Part shown: piece after piece, positions 35,841 through 49,695 of the stretch
Layout of the letters: every line of letters begins with the position of its first letter
Numbering within the stretch: the first letter of the stretch is position 1
Assembly (NCBI RefSeq): GCF_006345805.1
Contig: NC_043021.1
Location: forward strand, 5,270,001 to 5,334,000
DNA length: 64,000 nucleotides
Reading direction: 5' to 3'
Source of the DNA: Octopus sinensis
Taxonomy: Eukaryota
Notes under the pieces: generated by a model
Told to the model about the DNA's origin: nothing
Seen by the model: the letters and a program-made list of their open reading frames with translations, nothing else
Databases searched by the model: none
Made by a program: the position numbers and the translations under genes

Positions 35841-36419
35841 CATACATACATACATATATACGACAGGCTTCTTTCAGTTTCCGTCTACCAAATCCACTCA
35901 CAAGGCATTGGTCGGCCCGGGGCTATAGTAGAAGACACTTGCCCAAGATGCCACGCAGTGGGACTGAACCCGGAACCATGTGGCTGGTAAGCAAGCTACT
36001 TACCACACAGCCACTCCTGCGCCTGGCACGTTTTTTTTTTTATCGTCTGCGAAAGGATGAAAGGCAAAGTCGACATCGCTAGGCACTTTGATCGGCAATG
36101 CTAACGATTCTGCCAGCTTGTCATTGCACCGGCCTCAATAAACAAACTACTGCACTTGTTTGTATTGAGTATTTCTTCTTCCGATCGTTATTTAGCTTGT
36201 GTGCGTGTCTGCGTGTGTTTTGTTTCAATCTTTGGCAGAATTTCGGAGGAGGGAGTAAGTCGATCTACATTGATCAGTGGTACTTGTTTTATCGACCCTA
36301 ACGCATTTGAATTCAGAACAATTCAGTTTTTTTCCAGAATATCCTATGTATAAATAAAAATCTTGTTTACATAGCGCTCTGAATTGCTGTGTGTGTATGA
36401 GAGGGACAGAGAGAGATTG

Positions 36420-36471
<52 letters not shown>

Positions 36472-37690
36472 TTTGAGTAATTGAATGAATTATCTTATTA
36501 AGGATAATTCGAAAGATAACCGATACCTGGGTAGCAAATTCACATCAGAAAGCACATAATGTACTCTTTATTCCTTCGGAATTAGGAATATGCAGTCTTC
36601 GAAACATATGTCGAGAATAAAGGATATTTGTTAACTAGTCGTTCAACTCCATTCTTTCATATACTTATAATTGTAAAATATATATCTATATATATATATT
36701 TATATTGACCGATAGATCAGACAGTATAGATTAAACATACATAAAGGGAAAACATGTAACAGATGATCAAAACGACTGTTAGAGGGTGAGCATTTTGTCC
36801 TGTAGAGACAGAGAGAGAAAGATCCTGATTCAACAAAACATGATGAATTATTCCGGATCTATTGTTGTTCAGAAATTATCATCATTGTTATTAATTATTC
36901 ACTGTTATCAGATTAACCGGTTGTTCTCATTGGTATCTCTATATGAGCATGTGTTACCATTGTGTGTGTGTGTATGGGTGCGCATGTGTACTTGATAAGA
37001 AGTGGTTTTATAGGACTAGTTCCGTTGCATTCTTGGAATTCAACAGAACTAGACTTGTACAAGGCATTAAACATGTCAAAATAGTCTCTACTTGATATCA
37101 TTCTTTTCTACTACACAAGGCCCGAAATTTTGAGGGAGTGGGGGCCAGTCCATTAGATCGACCCTAGTACGCAACTGGTACTTAATTTATCGACCCCCAA
37201 AAGGATGAAAGGTAAAGTCGACCTCGGCGGAATTTGAACGTAGTACGTAATGACAGACGAAATACTGGCGTGCTAACGTTTCTGTCAGCTCGCCGCTTTT
37301 CTACTTGATATTATTGAGTACTTTTCTGCTTTCCTCTGGCTTTTTTTTTAATATTATCTAAATCACCAACTACAATTATGTGTGTGACCATCTCTGCATC
37401 ATACTAAATGTATATGCATTGTTGATAGGCGAGTTTCTGCAGTATTTGTTCTGAGATAACATCTGTGGACTTGCTGTGTTAAAAGCACAATAAATATCAG
37501 AGGCATCTTTTTAACACAAGCCCATAATAGATGGTAACTGTGGACAAATATTGCAGTAACAGACGTTATCGATAGTGCATATACATTAAGTATGATACAT
37601 GGACGGCTGTTTTTATTTAGTAATGCTTCAGTTACGTATACCGTGGACACACAAACACATACGTACGTGTGTTATGTATATGTGTATAGA

Positions 37691-37728
<38 letters not shown>

Positions 37729-40700
37729 CATATATTTATCAGAAGCAACAGAGTGACTCAAGGGACGAAAGTTTCGTGTGTTAGCACTTATATATGATGA
37801 ACTCTCCTACTGTAGGGAACAGATGAGGGTTCCGCAGTTTTTTGTGTTGAACAACCTGCTCAGGTGTGATCGAATGTTTGTGATGTACAGTAGCTCACAC
37901 ATATTCACCAAATTGACATTGCCTGTACACGTGCGTGCTACACGCCAGAGATGTCGGAGTGCTAGCAGAACAGCGTGAGATGAAGTGTATTTTTGCTCAA
38001 GAACACAACACACCGGCTACACTGGTAATCGAAGCCACCATTTGCAATTGTGGGTACAACACCCGAACCATTAAGCCACGCACCCTCACATGCATGCACG
38101 CTTATAAATCGCTTATATATCTTTACTACTATAGGCACAAGGCCTGATTTTTTTTTGTAGGGACCTAGTCGATTATATCGAGGCTAGTGCTCAACTCGTA
38201 CTTATTTCATCGACCCCGAAAGGATGAAAGGCAAAGTCGACCTCGGCGGAATTCGAACTCAGATGGACGAAATACTGCTAAGCATTTTACCCGTCATGTA
38301 TATATAATCAATATTTAAGCATTTTTTATTACTAAGTTCGCGTTTAGTTTTCTTTTGTACCTTCACTACCACCATCACTGCAATCATCATCGCGTCCGTC
38401 CTAGTTTCCTATGGATTTCGCTGTCATGCCTTTCCATGTTAACAGTCAATCTACAGAAACCTTCCACAATGAATCTTCATCATGTTGCTGTGTAGTCTCG
38501 GTTACACAACTCCGAGTGAGCAGAAGATCGATGATCAAACGAAACCAAGCTTTGACTATCACGTCATATGAATCTTTTTCTTTTTCTGTTTTCGATACGA
38601 CGGTGATTCGGCTACTGTTTCTAAGCATGTTCAAGCGACTGTTTAGAACAAGAAATCAACAACTTTCTGTAATCGCCCCTCTTCCCCACCGTTTTTATTT
38701 TTCACATTTGCCAAGGGTCTGCGCATTATATTGTATCTTACATATAAAAATATATCCTCCAGTGCCCCCAACCGCTCCTCCATTACTAGTAATGCTTATG
38801 CAAGCAAATGTTAAACAAATCATGATACAAAATGCTATCAAAAAGTCATCAGCTGCTCAGTATTTCACAAATCCATTCTTTTAGGGAAAAAAAATCCGAG
38901 TTCCTAAGAGAACACCATCGTGACCCATATATGGGGAAACTGTGTCCCACTTGTTGCCGGCTCCTGGAGGTTTCTTGGTTGGTTTATCTGATATGAATTT
39001 CTAAACATAGAAGCACAAAGATATATTTTGGGAGATGGGGGTAGTAAGTTCGGAACGGTGGTGGGTATAGCCGATTAAATTGCTCCCCACCCAATCATCA
39101 TGATTTTTTTCTCCTTTTCTCTCCTCGGCCACAAGGGTTAATACTGAAGACATCACAAAACAGAAACTAGTGGCGGATAATTTTTTTTTTTACCACAATC
39201 TGAAGTGAAATTATATTTATAAATAATAATGATAATTATAATAATAATAATAATAATAATAGTCGTTATCGCATTGTTTTCTTTTCACCCACCATCGTTT
39301 CTTCTTCGTTCGACCTTATTCGATTTCTCAATCGATATTCGCAAAAATCTATCTACCCTTACATTTTCCACCTCCCTCTCCACCCAGTCGCAGTGTATGT
39401 AGTTAATGCGGAACTATGGGAAAATCATATATACTACAAATATACGAAGTAGTATTGGTATTTGTAGTTATAGCGGTGGCGGCGATGGTGGTGGTGGTGA
39501 TAGTAGTACCGATAATACAGAACCGACTGGTATACAACATAGTTCTCATGTGTTTTTGTTTTGTAGATTAATCTCTTCCCTGTGTGTATGTGTGTGTGTG
39601 TTTTAACTTGTTGCTGGTAGGGGTTAGAGCGATTAAGAAGGGGAATCGATTTTATTTTCCTTCTTTTGTTTGCCCCCCGCCCCCCTCCTCTTTCACTCTT
39701 CGTTAACTGCATTTCGATTTGTTTCCATAGAAAGGAAATTGAGAGAAAAGAGGAATGTGAGGTTACTTAAATGTTTTCGTTTATTTGAAACGAACCTCAG
39801 CATTTAGCTCACACACACACATGCATACACGCATACACACACGAGGGAGACTTTATATAATTGCTCTTTCAGTGTACCTGCTTAATTTAAGTAATACTCC
39901 TAAATACCCCTTCACATGAAACTTTACTGTCTCACCATTAGATAATACAACCCAGCATAAATGCAGTCTTAGCTCTTAAGAGGCAGATGGTGACAGTTAC
40001 GTTGACTAAGATCATAAAGTGGTTTGCTCAATCAGAGCAAACTGGAAGTTTGACAAAAATGGGAATGCCAATCAGATATCGTCTGTTTGGTAGCTCTACC
40101 ACTATAGAAATCTCTCACTCATCTCCTGCTCTAATGTCTTTCAAAGTGTACAACAGATTTCTCAGAAATCACACCCTGTTGTGCTCATAGCATAGACAAA
40201 TGACCTCAAAATCATACCCAAGTATGACAAATCTCCCTGAAATTACACCCTATTGTGTTCTTAGCACAGACAAATCTCAGAAATCAGACTCTATCGTATT
40301 CATAATACAAACAAATGACCCCCACAAAATTGTAGCCTGTTTTAAACAACAGGAACAAATCTCCCTCAAATCATCTCCTATTATGTTCATAGCATGGTTA
40401 AATGGCTTAAAATCAAGATTGAGAAGGAGCCTCCACTATAAGGAGTGGCTGTGTGGTAAGTAGCTTGCTAACCAACCACATGGTTCTGGGTTCAGTCCCA
40501 CTGCGTGGCATCTTGGGCAAGTGTCTTCTGCTATAGCCCCGGGCCGACCAATGCCTTGTGAGTGGATTTGGTAGACAGAAACTGAAAGAAGCCTGTCGTA
40601 TATATGTATATATATATGTGTTTGTGTTTGTCCCCCTAGCATTGCTTGACAACCGATGCTGGTGTGTTTACGTCCCCCGTAACTTAGCGGTTCGGCAAAA

Positions 40701-43700
40701 GAAACCGATAGAATAAGTACTGGGCTTTCAAAGGATGATAAGTCCCGGGGTCGATTTGCTCGACTAAAGGCGGTGCTCCAGCATGGCCGCAGTCAAGTGA
40801 CTGAAACAAGTAAAAGAGTATATAATCAGAGGTGACTCCAGGTCATCAGTGTCACTCATGCTCACCACAGATTTCACATTTGACTCATGCCTGCTCAAAG
40901 AATTTCACGTTTTTCCGCTTTATTTCTAGCCCCAAATGGCATATCTAGCACTGTCTTTCTCCATTTCTAAGTTAAGGGTAAAAATAAAGCAACCTTGCAA
41001 AACACACAGGCACACAGAATAACAGCAATCAAATAACAACGGCGAAGTGCACAACAAACATCAGTGATCCGACTGTTGCCTGTACTCTGTCTTTTACACC
41101 TGCCAGGCTTACTCTTTTTACTCTCTTACTTGTTTCAGTCATTTGACTCTGGCCATGCTGGAGCACTGCCTTTTTAGTCAAAGAAATCAACCCCAGGACT
41201 TATTCTTTGTAAGCCTAGTACTTATTCTATCGGTCTCTTTTACCAAACCGCTAAGTTATGGGTACATAAACACACCAGCATCAGTTGTCAAGCAATGCTA
41301 GGGGGACAAACACAGACACATAAATACACACACATATATACATATATATGACAGGCTTCTTTCAGTTTCCGTCTCCCAAATCCACTCACAAGGCTTTGGT
41401 CAGCCCGAGGCTATAGTAGAAGACACTTGCCCAAGGTTCCACGCAGTGGGACTGAGCCCAGAACCATGTGGTTGGTAAGCAAGCTACTTACCACACAGTC
41501 ACTCCTACACTTGTTCATGTTAGCCCGAGTTACTGGATAATTTTTCGTTCCTTTAAGTATATTGTAGAACAGAAACTTGTCATAGATTAGAATTTAAATC
41601 TTAATCTCTGCAGTATTCTATTGTTTCAAGAAAACATTGAATTACTTTTAATTTTTACAATTACAGATGACAACTTGGGCTGTCACTTCTGTGCCTGAGT
41701 CAGGTGTGTGTAAAGAATGTCGAGAGAATGTCTGCTACGAATGATATTTTTTGACACAGAGCACCTCTAGGATGACCGCCAGATGCTGAACGAAAATAAA
41801 TGAACTGTGACTAGGCTCAATAAAAAGGGCCCAAGTTGTAGGCTGAAATTACATACTTGAAGTCAGTGTTGGCAGAAATTACTGTTTTGAAGCAAGTTCA
41901 CATTGGCTTATGGGCAGATATGTCCTTCGCAAAAGACAACATCGCTTGTATGAAGGTGATGCTCATTTACAATCATCACATGATGTCAAGGCATGCGTAC
42001 ACACAAGCACATACGTTGGGCAGACTGGACTGTGTTGCATTCTTGTGACAAGTACTTCATGTTTGACTGGAGTATTTCTTTGTAAACTGCTTGGTTAAAC
42101 CTTGATGGTTTCTGATACTCTTTGAAGTAACCACTTACTTTTATACAGTTGAAGTTGATGATGATGATGATGATGCAGCTTTCTTCTTTTCATCCCTTGT
42201 TTCAGTCATTGGACTGCGACCATGCTTGACCTCTACCTTGAAGGGTTTAGTTGAACAAATTGACCTCAATACTTACTTTTCTTTAAAGTTTGGTACTTAT
42301 ATCAACCACTTTTTGCTGAACTGCTAAGTTATGGGGACATAAACAAACCAACACTGGTTGTCAGCTGGTTGTGGGGGATACAAACACCCACAGGCACATA
42401 CATATGTATTGATGGGCTTCTTTCAGTTACCATTTATCAAATTCACTCATAAGGCTTTTGTCAGCCTGGAGCTATGGTAAAAGACACTTGTCCAAGGTTC
42501 CATGCAGTGGGACTGAACTCAGAATCTTGTGGCTGGGAAGCAAACTTCTTGCCACACAGCTATGCCTGCGAGGAATGTTTAATTATTAGAAATTTGCTTC
42601 CATCATTCAGACACACAAAATCCGTCACTGATAAGTTTTTAGTTTATCTCTTAGTTTGGAGGGAAGGGTTATGCTAATAATTCTTTATGTGACCTCTAAG
42701 ACTGATGGATTGGAGGGAGATATTCTGAAACCAAAGAGAACAGAATGGACTTTGTTGAAGACACCCAAGTGCCAAGCCGTAGTGTTGTAAAGGATGTCGG
42801 TTTAAGTCCACCACTCATGGTAGGCCATGGTGGGACTTGAAACTAGAATGTTAAGAGTTGGAACAAATACAAGGTATTGTGTCCAACATTGTCCACTGCC
42901 ATATACTTGATTCTTTGTTGACCCCAAAAGAATGAATGGTAAAATTGACTTTGGCGTGATTTGAACTCAGAATGCAAGAAGTTGGGATGAATGCTGTGAG
43001 GCATTTTGCCCGACGCTCTACCAACTCTCTCAATTCACCAAAACAGATGTGTCCCACTCTAAACTACTGGTCACATGTCTTTACTGGAACAGCTGTTGCA
43101 TGCATGAACATTCTAAACCGTGTCTTTATCCTCTGAATCATGTACAAGTTGGGCAATTGATTTATCAGAAACAACAGCCTAGTTTATTTTGGCCTTCTCC
43201 ATTTTGAGTTAAAATTTTGCTGTGGTCGACTTCGCTTTTTATCCCTCCTAGGTCGGTAAAAAAAGTACCTTTCAAATATTTGAGGAAGTTTTAATCGACT
43301 AATTCCCCACATTCTTCTAAAATTGTTGGTCCTGTGCCTAAATTAGAAACACCTTCCTCAAATTACATATGCAACACTTTTGATAATGTAGTATTGTATA
43401 TACAAAAATAAAAAGAAAAAATAGAATGGACGACATGGTCACGGTTGAAACGCTTTTCATCAAAAGTTTCTCTCGAACTGATTATCAAACTTTCGTTCAC
43501 TAATTTCTCATAACCAACTACATGTAATACAATCCTTAATTCCGAAAACCGAAAGTCTATTTTCTCACCGAGGTCGTCTGCACGTCAAAGATGGCGTTTG
43601 GCGCCAAATTATTCGTACGCTTGTGATTTTATTGTCTGTCTTTATTCCACTTCATTTACTAATTTATTACTATATAAATAAACTATAATTTTATTTAAAG

Positions 43701-46656
43701 CCTGCATTCATCCCATTGAGTGTGATTATTTATAAACAAATTGTGCAAAACTTTTCCCAGGCTGTGTTTATGTACCTTTACTCGATGTTTGGTTATGTAG
43801 GTGTCGTGTTTAATGTGTATTTTTAGATTGTCCTTAGCTAACCAGTGATATTTCATTCATAATTATAAATTGGTAAAAACCTCCACATAGGCGCAGGAGT
43901 GGCTGTGTGGTAAGTAGCTTGCTCAACCACATGGTTCCGGGTTCAGTCCCACTGCGTGGCATCTTGGGCAAGTGTCTATGCCTTGTGAGTGGATTTGGTA
44001 GACGGAAACTGAAAGAAGCCTGTCGTATATATGTATATATATATATATGTATGTATGTGTGTGTGTGTTTGTGTGTCTGTGTTTGTCCCCCTAGCATTGC
44101 TTGACAACCGATGCTGGCAAAAGAGGCCGATAGAATAAGTACTGGGCTTACAAAGAATAAGTTCCGGGGTCGAGTTGCTCGACTAAAGGCGGTGCTCCAG
44201 CATGGCCGCAGTCAAATGACTGAAACACGTAAAAGAGTATAGCCTAGTAGGCTGGGTCTATGAATTCACTCTTTTAGTATCCCCTTGAGCTCAAAAACTG
44301 AAGTTCAACCGATGATCGAGACATACACAAATCAGAATTTTGCTTTCAAAGTTGGTGGTGGTTTGGGTCGACCAAGGCTATTCCTGGGAATTGTGTCTTA
44401 TAATCAAGGATATACCCTATGAATATAATGTACTACCATTTCCAAAATCCGAATCATGCCTGGTCCCAAGAGATTATATACCTGTATGTTAGTGTTTTCT
44501 GTAAGCACACATTAAAAAAACCATCCTCGAGTCACACTTTATGTACCGTTTTAAAATAGGAAATGACTAGTTTAACAATGTTGTCATAGACGAACGTAAA
44601 AAGTTGGAGTGGTTACGGTTGGAATGTCTTTTGTTTGATCTGGGTTGGGCTCAAGTTACAACAGTCTTGAGCTCACCATTCTGGGATATCTTGGAGTGCA
44701 CACGTACAATACTGATTACACATCACATATATCTACTAGATATATTTGTAGATATATATATATATGATGGGCGTCAGTATGCATGTGTGCGCGCTCACCC
44801 TTGTTTTTTAGGGTTTTTTTTTACATTAAATTTCGATATAATCGTAATCTACACCACCTGAAAGATATCTATAGAAATTTTTTTTGAAAAATATCAATTT
44901 TTCTGAAAGTTATGAGGAAACAGTGGAGAGGGTCAATCTTGTGAAGGTATTTCATAAATAATAATTTCTAAAACCAACCCGAGCAACAGATATTGGGGTG
45001 GTGGTGGTGGTTATAGTCGTGTACTTGACTAGTATTTACTTTATTGATCCATGAAGGACGATCGCTTAAATTGAACTTGAAACGTAAACACACGTAACTA
45101 GATGTTGCGAAGGCTTTTTTGTCCGACGCTTTACCGCTACCACCAATTCACCTGATATAGACACAAAACCAGATATTTTAATTTCATTTGGAAGAGAAAC
45201 AATGAATCTGGCGATTATTGTATCCCAGTACATAACTTTTTTATTTGTTTCATTCATTGGACTGCAGCCATACTGGGACATCGCCTTGAAGGGTTTTGTC
45301 GAGTAAATCGCCAGTTCACCGTTTTGCCATGCGTGGATAATAAAATAAAGAACATAGAATTACACACACACACTTGCATATAATTAGCTTATTCACCACT
45401 ACTTCTCGTCGAAACCTTAGTGATCTCTTGCGAACATCTCGGGTTCCAAGGAAATTCTGCTCTATTTTACCTACCCACAAGTCGACTTTGGGGATATTTT
45501 GAACTTACAACATAAAGGGAATTAAAACTGCAAACATTTTCTCCAATGCTCTAACGATTTTACTAGTCCACCGCAATAGAAGTCCCATAAATCTATTAAA
45601 TAATTCTTTTTAATTTCGGCACAAGGCCAGTAGTTTTAGGGGAAGGCGTAAGTCGATTCGTCGACCCCCAGAACTTGACTGGTACTTCATTTCGTCAACC
45701 CTGAAATGATGAAAAGCAAAGTTGAACCTAGGCGGGATTTGAACTCAGAACATAAGGAGTCGGAGGAAATACAATTAAGCATTTTGTTCGATCCACCAAC
45801 GATTCTACATGCTCGACACATTGAAATTTATTGAACAATCCTTTCTACTATCGGCGCAAGGCTTGAAATTTTGTACAGGGGTACTAGTCAATTACATCGA
45901 CTGGTACTTAATTTACCAACACTTCAAAGGATGAAAGGCAAATTTAACCTCAGCGGAATTTGAACTCAGAACAGACGAAATACTGTCCAGCGTGCAAAAA
46001 AAAAGTACCGATTATAACGACGTGGGTTCCATCTTATCCAATCAACGAAATAGCTTGTGGGTGAAATTACTCCCTGTCCCAAAATAGTAATTTGGGGGAA
46101 CCAAAAGTTGAAACCAATATTTTTTGCGTGTTAAAAGTCGCCAATAGTCGATTAGTTTAATTGGTTTTGTGGGTACTGGATAGGTGGGGGCTCATATGGC
46201 GCTTGTGTGACCCCTTTCTCAAACGGATTCAACCAGGTAAGTGTTTGCCAGTTTGTTAGATTGTCTGGGTGTGGTGAAGACACGGTCTAGAAATTTCGTA
46301 CGCGTGCTTATATCTTTTTTTTTCTTTTTTGTGGGGAAGGGTAATTCTCTCACCTCTTCTCTGTAACAGCTGTTCGTTCCGTCCTCGCTAAGTGAGCAAG
46401 CAACAGTACCCCTCGCGTGGAACGCACATATGTCTCCTTGTGGAGAAAAATCTTCGACTTAGCTTTGGTACAGAAGTTTTCTGTTTACTGTTTTCTTTTG
46501 TTGCTTTGGTGAGGGGTGTTTTTTCTTCTTCTCCAAAACGAAAGTGTAGCTTTTACGATGCTATTTTGGTTAAGTTATAAACGTGAAAGGTCACCACAAA
46601 TTTTATGTTATTTAATATGGCGAAGGTGCTGAGCTAGCAGAGTTTTTAGCACACCG

Positions 46657-47070
46657 GGATCTTTTCGGTTTGAACGGCAGTTTTTAAAAATAATTTCCAC
46701 GTAACTAAACACTTTTAAACTTCGTATACGGGTAGAATGTGTTTATAAAACATCTTTTTCTCTTGGCTTTATTGAGAAAATTCTATAGTTTGTAAGATAT
46801 TTGTTGTTTTTCTTTCTTCAACTTCTGCAATTTCAACCAATCAATGACGTCTATTGAGGTGAAAACATTCTGTGCCGTATGAATATGTCCCTCGTTTAAG
46901 AAACAGATTGGGTTTATTTACGTTTCTGAAGAAAAAAAATACCCTCCCCTCACCCCTAACTAACCCTAAAACAGATTGAAATGCAATAGATCGATACTAG
47001 GGTCATAATTATGGGTGAAAATTTTATATGACAGCGCTAGAAAAAACTGCCGTTCAAACCGAAAAGATCC
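46657..47070. mobile_element. MITE with GG termini and 8-bp TSD (Merlin-like)
   Basis: Perfect 29-bp TIR GGATCTTTTCGGTTTGAACGGCAGTTTTT; TSD GCACACCG at 46649-56 and 47071-78. Confidence 0.9.
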
Positions 47071-47084
47071 GCACACCGGAGTGT

Positions 47085-47387
47085 GAAAGCACGTGGCTTA
47101 GTGGTTAGTGTATTTGGCTCGTTAGGTCGTGAGTTCAGTTCCCAGCAGTGCATTGTGTCTTTGAGTAAGACCCTTTATTTCTCGATGCTCCAGTCGCTCA
47201 GTTGTCAAAATTGAGTTATCTGCATCTCAAAGAGTCAGCTTCGTCACATTCTGTATGACGCTAACTCTCCCTGAGATTAAGGGTACGTATATCTGTGGGG
47301 TGCTCAATCACTTGCACGTTAATTTCACGAGTAGGCTGTTTTGTTGATCGGATCAACTGGAACCCTCGTCGTCATAACCGACAGAGT
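47085..47387 (+). mobile_element. tRNA-derived SINE sharing its 3' half with family C
   Basis: tggcttagtggttag A-box, gagttcagttcc B-box; 3' cacgttaatttcacgag...ggaaccctc.tcgtc.taaccgac shared with the 59395 copy. Confidence 0.75.
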
Positions 47388-47399
47388 TAATACATCGTA

Positions 47400-47806
47400 T
47401 GCTCGAAATAAGGAGTAGAAGGACAGCCAACAATCCTTGATCTTACCACTCTTTCAAATACTTTAATGATGTGGAAGGTGAGTGAGATTGGGCGATAGTT
47501 GACTGCGAGGGATGTTTCCCTGTTTGAAAACCGGGATGACAGACTGGGATAGGAGCTGTTTCGGTATATAACCTGAGGTTGGTCAGAGGGACTGCAAGTT
47601 GGTGTCTGCATTCCTTCAGGAGACTACCCGTGAATCTATCAGGGCCTACAGCAGAATAGTATTTGACTTCATTTATTGCTGCTATGATGTCTGAAGCAGT
47701 GAAGGTTATGTCCGAGATTTTATGTTGGGAATCAACTTCGTTCGTTTCTCTCACGCCAATATCAGTGGGATCACTAAACACAGAGCAGTATTGTTTCTGC
47801 AGTAAC
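47400..47806 (-). mobile_element. CR1/L2-group LINE reverse-transcriptase N-terminal fragment
   Basis: LQKQYCSVFS...SAVGPDRFTGSLLKECRHQLAVPL...VNYRPISLTFHIIKVFERVVR, with an internal deletion/frameshift. Confidence 0.87.
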
Positions 47807-47990
47807 AATTCGTGGGACCACGCCTGATGCTTATTTAAGAATAATGAAATTGTACTCTACAAAAGTACAGAGTAACCCATCAGATTACTCTATGAAACTA
47901 GTCATAGAGTAATCTGGTGGGTTACTCTGTACTTTTGTAGAGTACAATTTCATTATTCTTAAATAAGCATCAGGCGTGGTCCCAGGAATT
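47807..47990. repeat. Near-perfect palindrome, 89-bp arms, 6-nt loop
   Basis: 47807-47895 vs 47902-47990 reverse complement, 2 mismatches. Confidence 0.96.
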
Positions 47991-48665
47991 TTTCGAAGAG
48001 AGGCCACAAGGTCAGACGGGAATACAATTCCAGAAGAAAAGGGCGTAATAGCATTACTTAGAAGAGCGCACTTCTTTTCTTGAGGCGGACACGTGCCCCT
48101 CAGCTCCCCACCCCTTTGGGTGCGCTCCTGAGAATATTATTGACGGTGACGACGGTTTATCTAGCCGAAACTTCGTAGTACTCTCAGGAGTGGCTGTGTG
48201 GTAAGTAGCTTGCTTACCAACCACATGGTTCCGGGTTCAGTCCCACTGCGTGACATCTCGTGCATGTGTCTTCTACTATAGCCTTGGGCCTTGTAAGTGG
48301 ATTTGGTAGACGGAAACTGAAAGAAGCCTCTCATATATATATGTATGTGTGTGTGTGTGTGCGTGCGTGTATATATTTGTGTGTCTGTATTTGCTCCTCC
48401 AACATTGCTTGACAGCCAATGCTGCTGAGTTTACGTCCCCGTAACTTAGCGGTTCGGCAAAAGAGACCGATAGACTAAGTACTAGGCTTACAAGGTTTGT
48501 TAGTGTTCACGAATTTATTGTGAGGAAGCAACAAAAATGCTTACGAGAAAAAGTGACACACGCTGACACGTGTGTATGATACTATAAACGTCTGTTTTGG
48601 CAGATTAATATTAATATATTCATTGTAGAAAGGGAGGGTTTGTAGTATTTGTCTATTGTGTGTTT

Positions 48666-48699
<34 letters not shown>

Positions 48700-49270
48700 T
48701 ACAACTTGTCCTGACAAATCTGGCTGAAGAAGAAAAAAATCCAGTCATACATGTTTTGGTCTGTTGTAAGTCACGTTTTTGTAGTCGTTGATGATGTCTT
48801 GATGGTGACGGTAGTGTAGATTCAAGCCAACGTTATTTGAGTACACCGACGCATTCACACACCACGCTGGGGGTTCGACCTACTGACATATTCAGTATTT
48901 CGGATAAAACGTGTTCCTGTCTCTCTTTAGTTAATGAGAACGTTACATGCAGCCGCGTAACCCTCGGTCAGCTGTGCTTAATAAACTCTTTGCTTATCCA
49001 AAACATTTTCATAAATTTGTCCAAAACATCCATGCTTGTTAGCCTTTGCTTTACACGTTCTGAGTAATATAATAAGTCTTTCGTTTCATGAGTCACAAGT
49101 TACTCTGTTGGTTGGAAAAATTGAAAATGTGTATCATGTGTTGTGCATGGACACCAGGGAATTATGTTCTATGTGTCTCATGTGATACACAGGATAGACA
49201 AAGGGTTATTTGAAATATACGATTAAAAAAAATTATATTGAGTACTAACTGAAATACATAAGGGTCTCTT

Positions 49271-49695
49271 GGCGATCTTTCGTCTCTAGTAGACCTTTCC
49301 GTCGATTTCCGTAAAAAAAATTTTTTTTTTTACATATGGGCTTGCGGGAACTTTTGAAGTAATATACATACATATACACATACACCGAGTAAAAAAATTC
49401 AGTTATCTCTTTCTTTCACACATTACTCTGTCTCTTCACACACACTAACAGAAGCACTTCACTTACACAACATACTGTCTGTCTCCCACACCCCATCAAA
49501 CACACACACACACACACATGTACATCAATGCTTCACATGCACGGTAACTTCAAAAGAACTTCCCTCGTCATACAATCGCTTTCTCTTAGTCTCTTTCGCT
49601 CTCATTACTTCAAAAGTTCCCGCAAGCCCATATGTAAAAAAAAAAATTTTTTTACGAAAATCGACGGAAAGGTCTACTAGAGACGAAAGATTGCC
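49271..49695. mobile_element. MITE with ~92-bp TIRs, GG termini and 8-bp TSD (Merlin-like)
   Basis: TIRs 49271-49363 and 49604-49695 begin GGC(G/A)ATCTTTCG; TSD GGTCTCTT at 49263-70 and 49696-703. Confidence 0.92.

Noticed and set aside
36560-36622. Hammerhead-like GAAA-CATATG-TC with ctttattc/gaataaag stem
   Set aside because: The required CUGANGA core reads CTTCGGA and no stem II is evident; at best a dead remnant.
48140-48180. GTGACGA...GCCGAAAC hammerhead-like string
   Set aside because: C3 missing and stem I cannot form.
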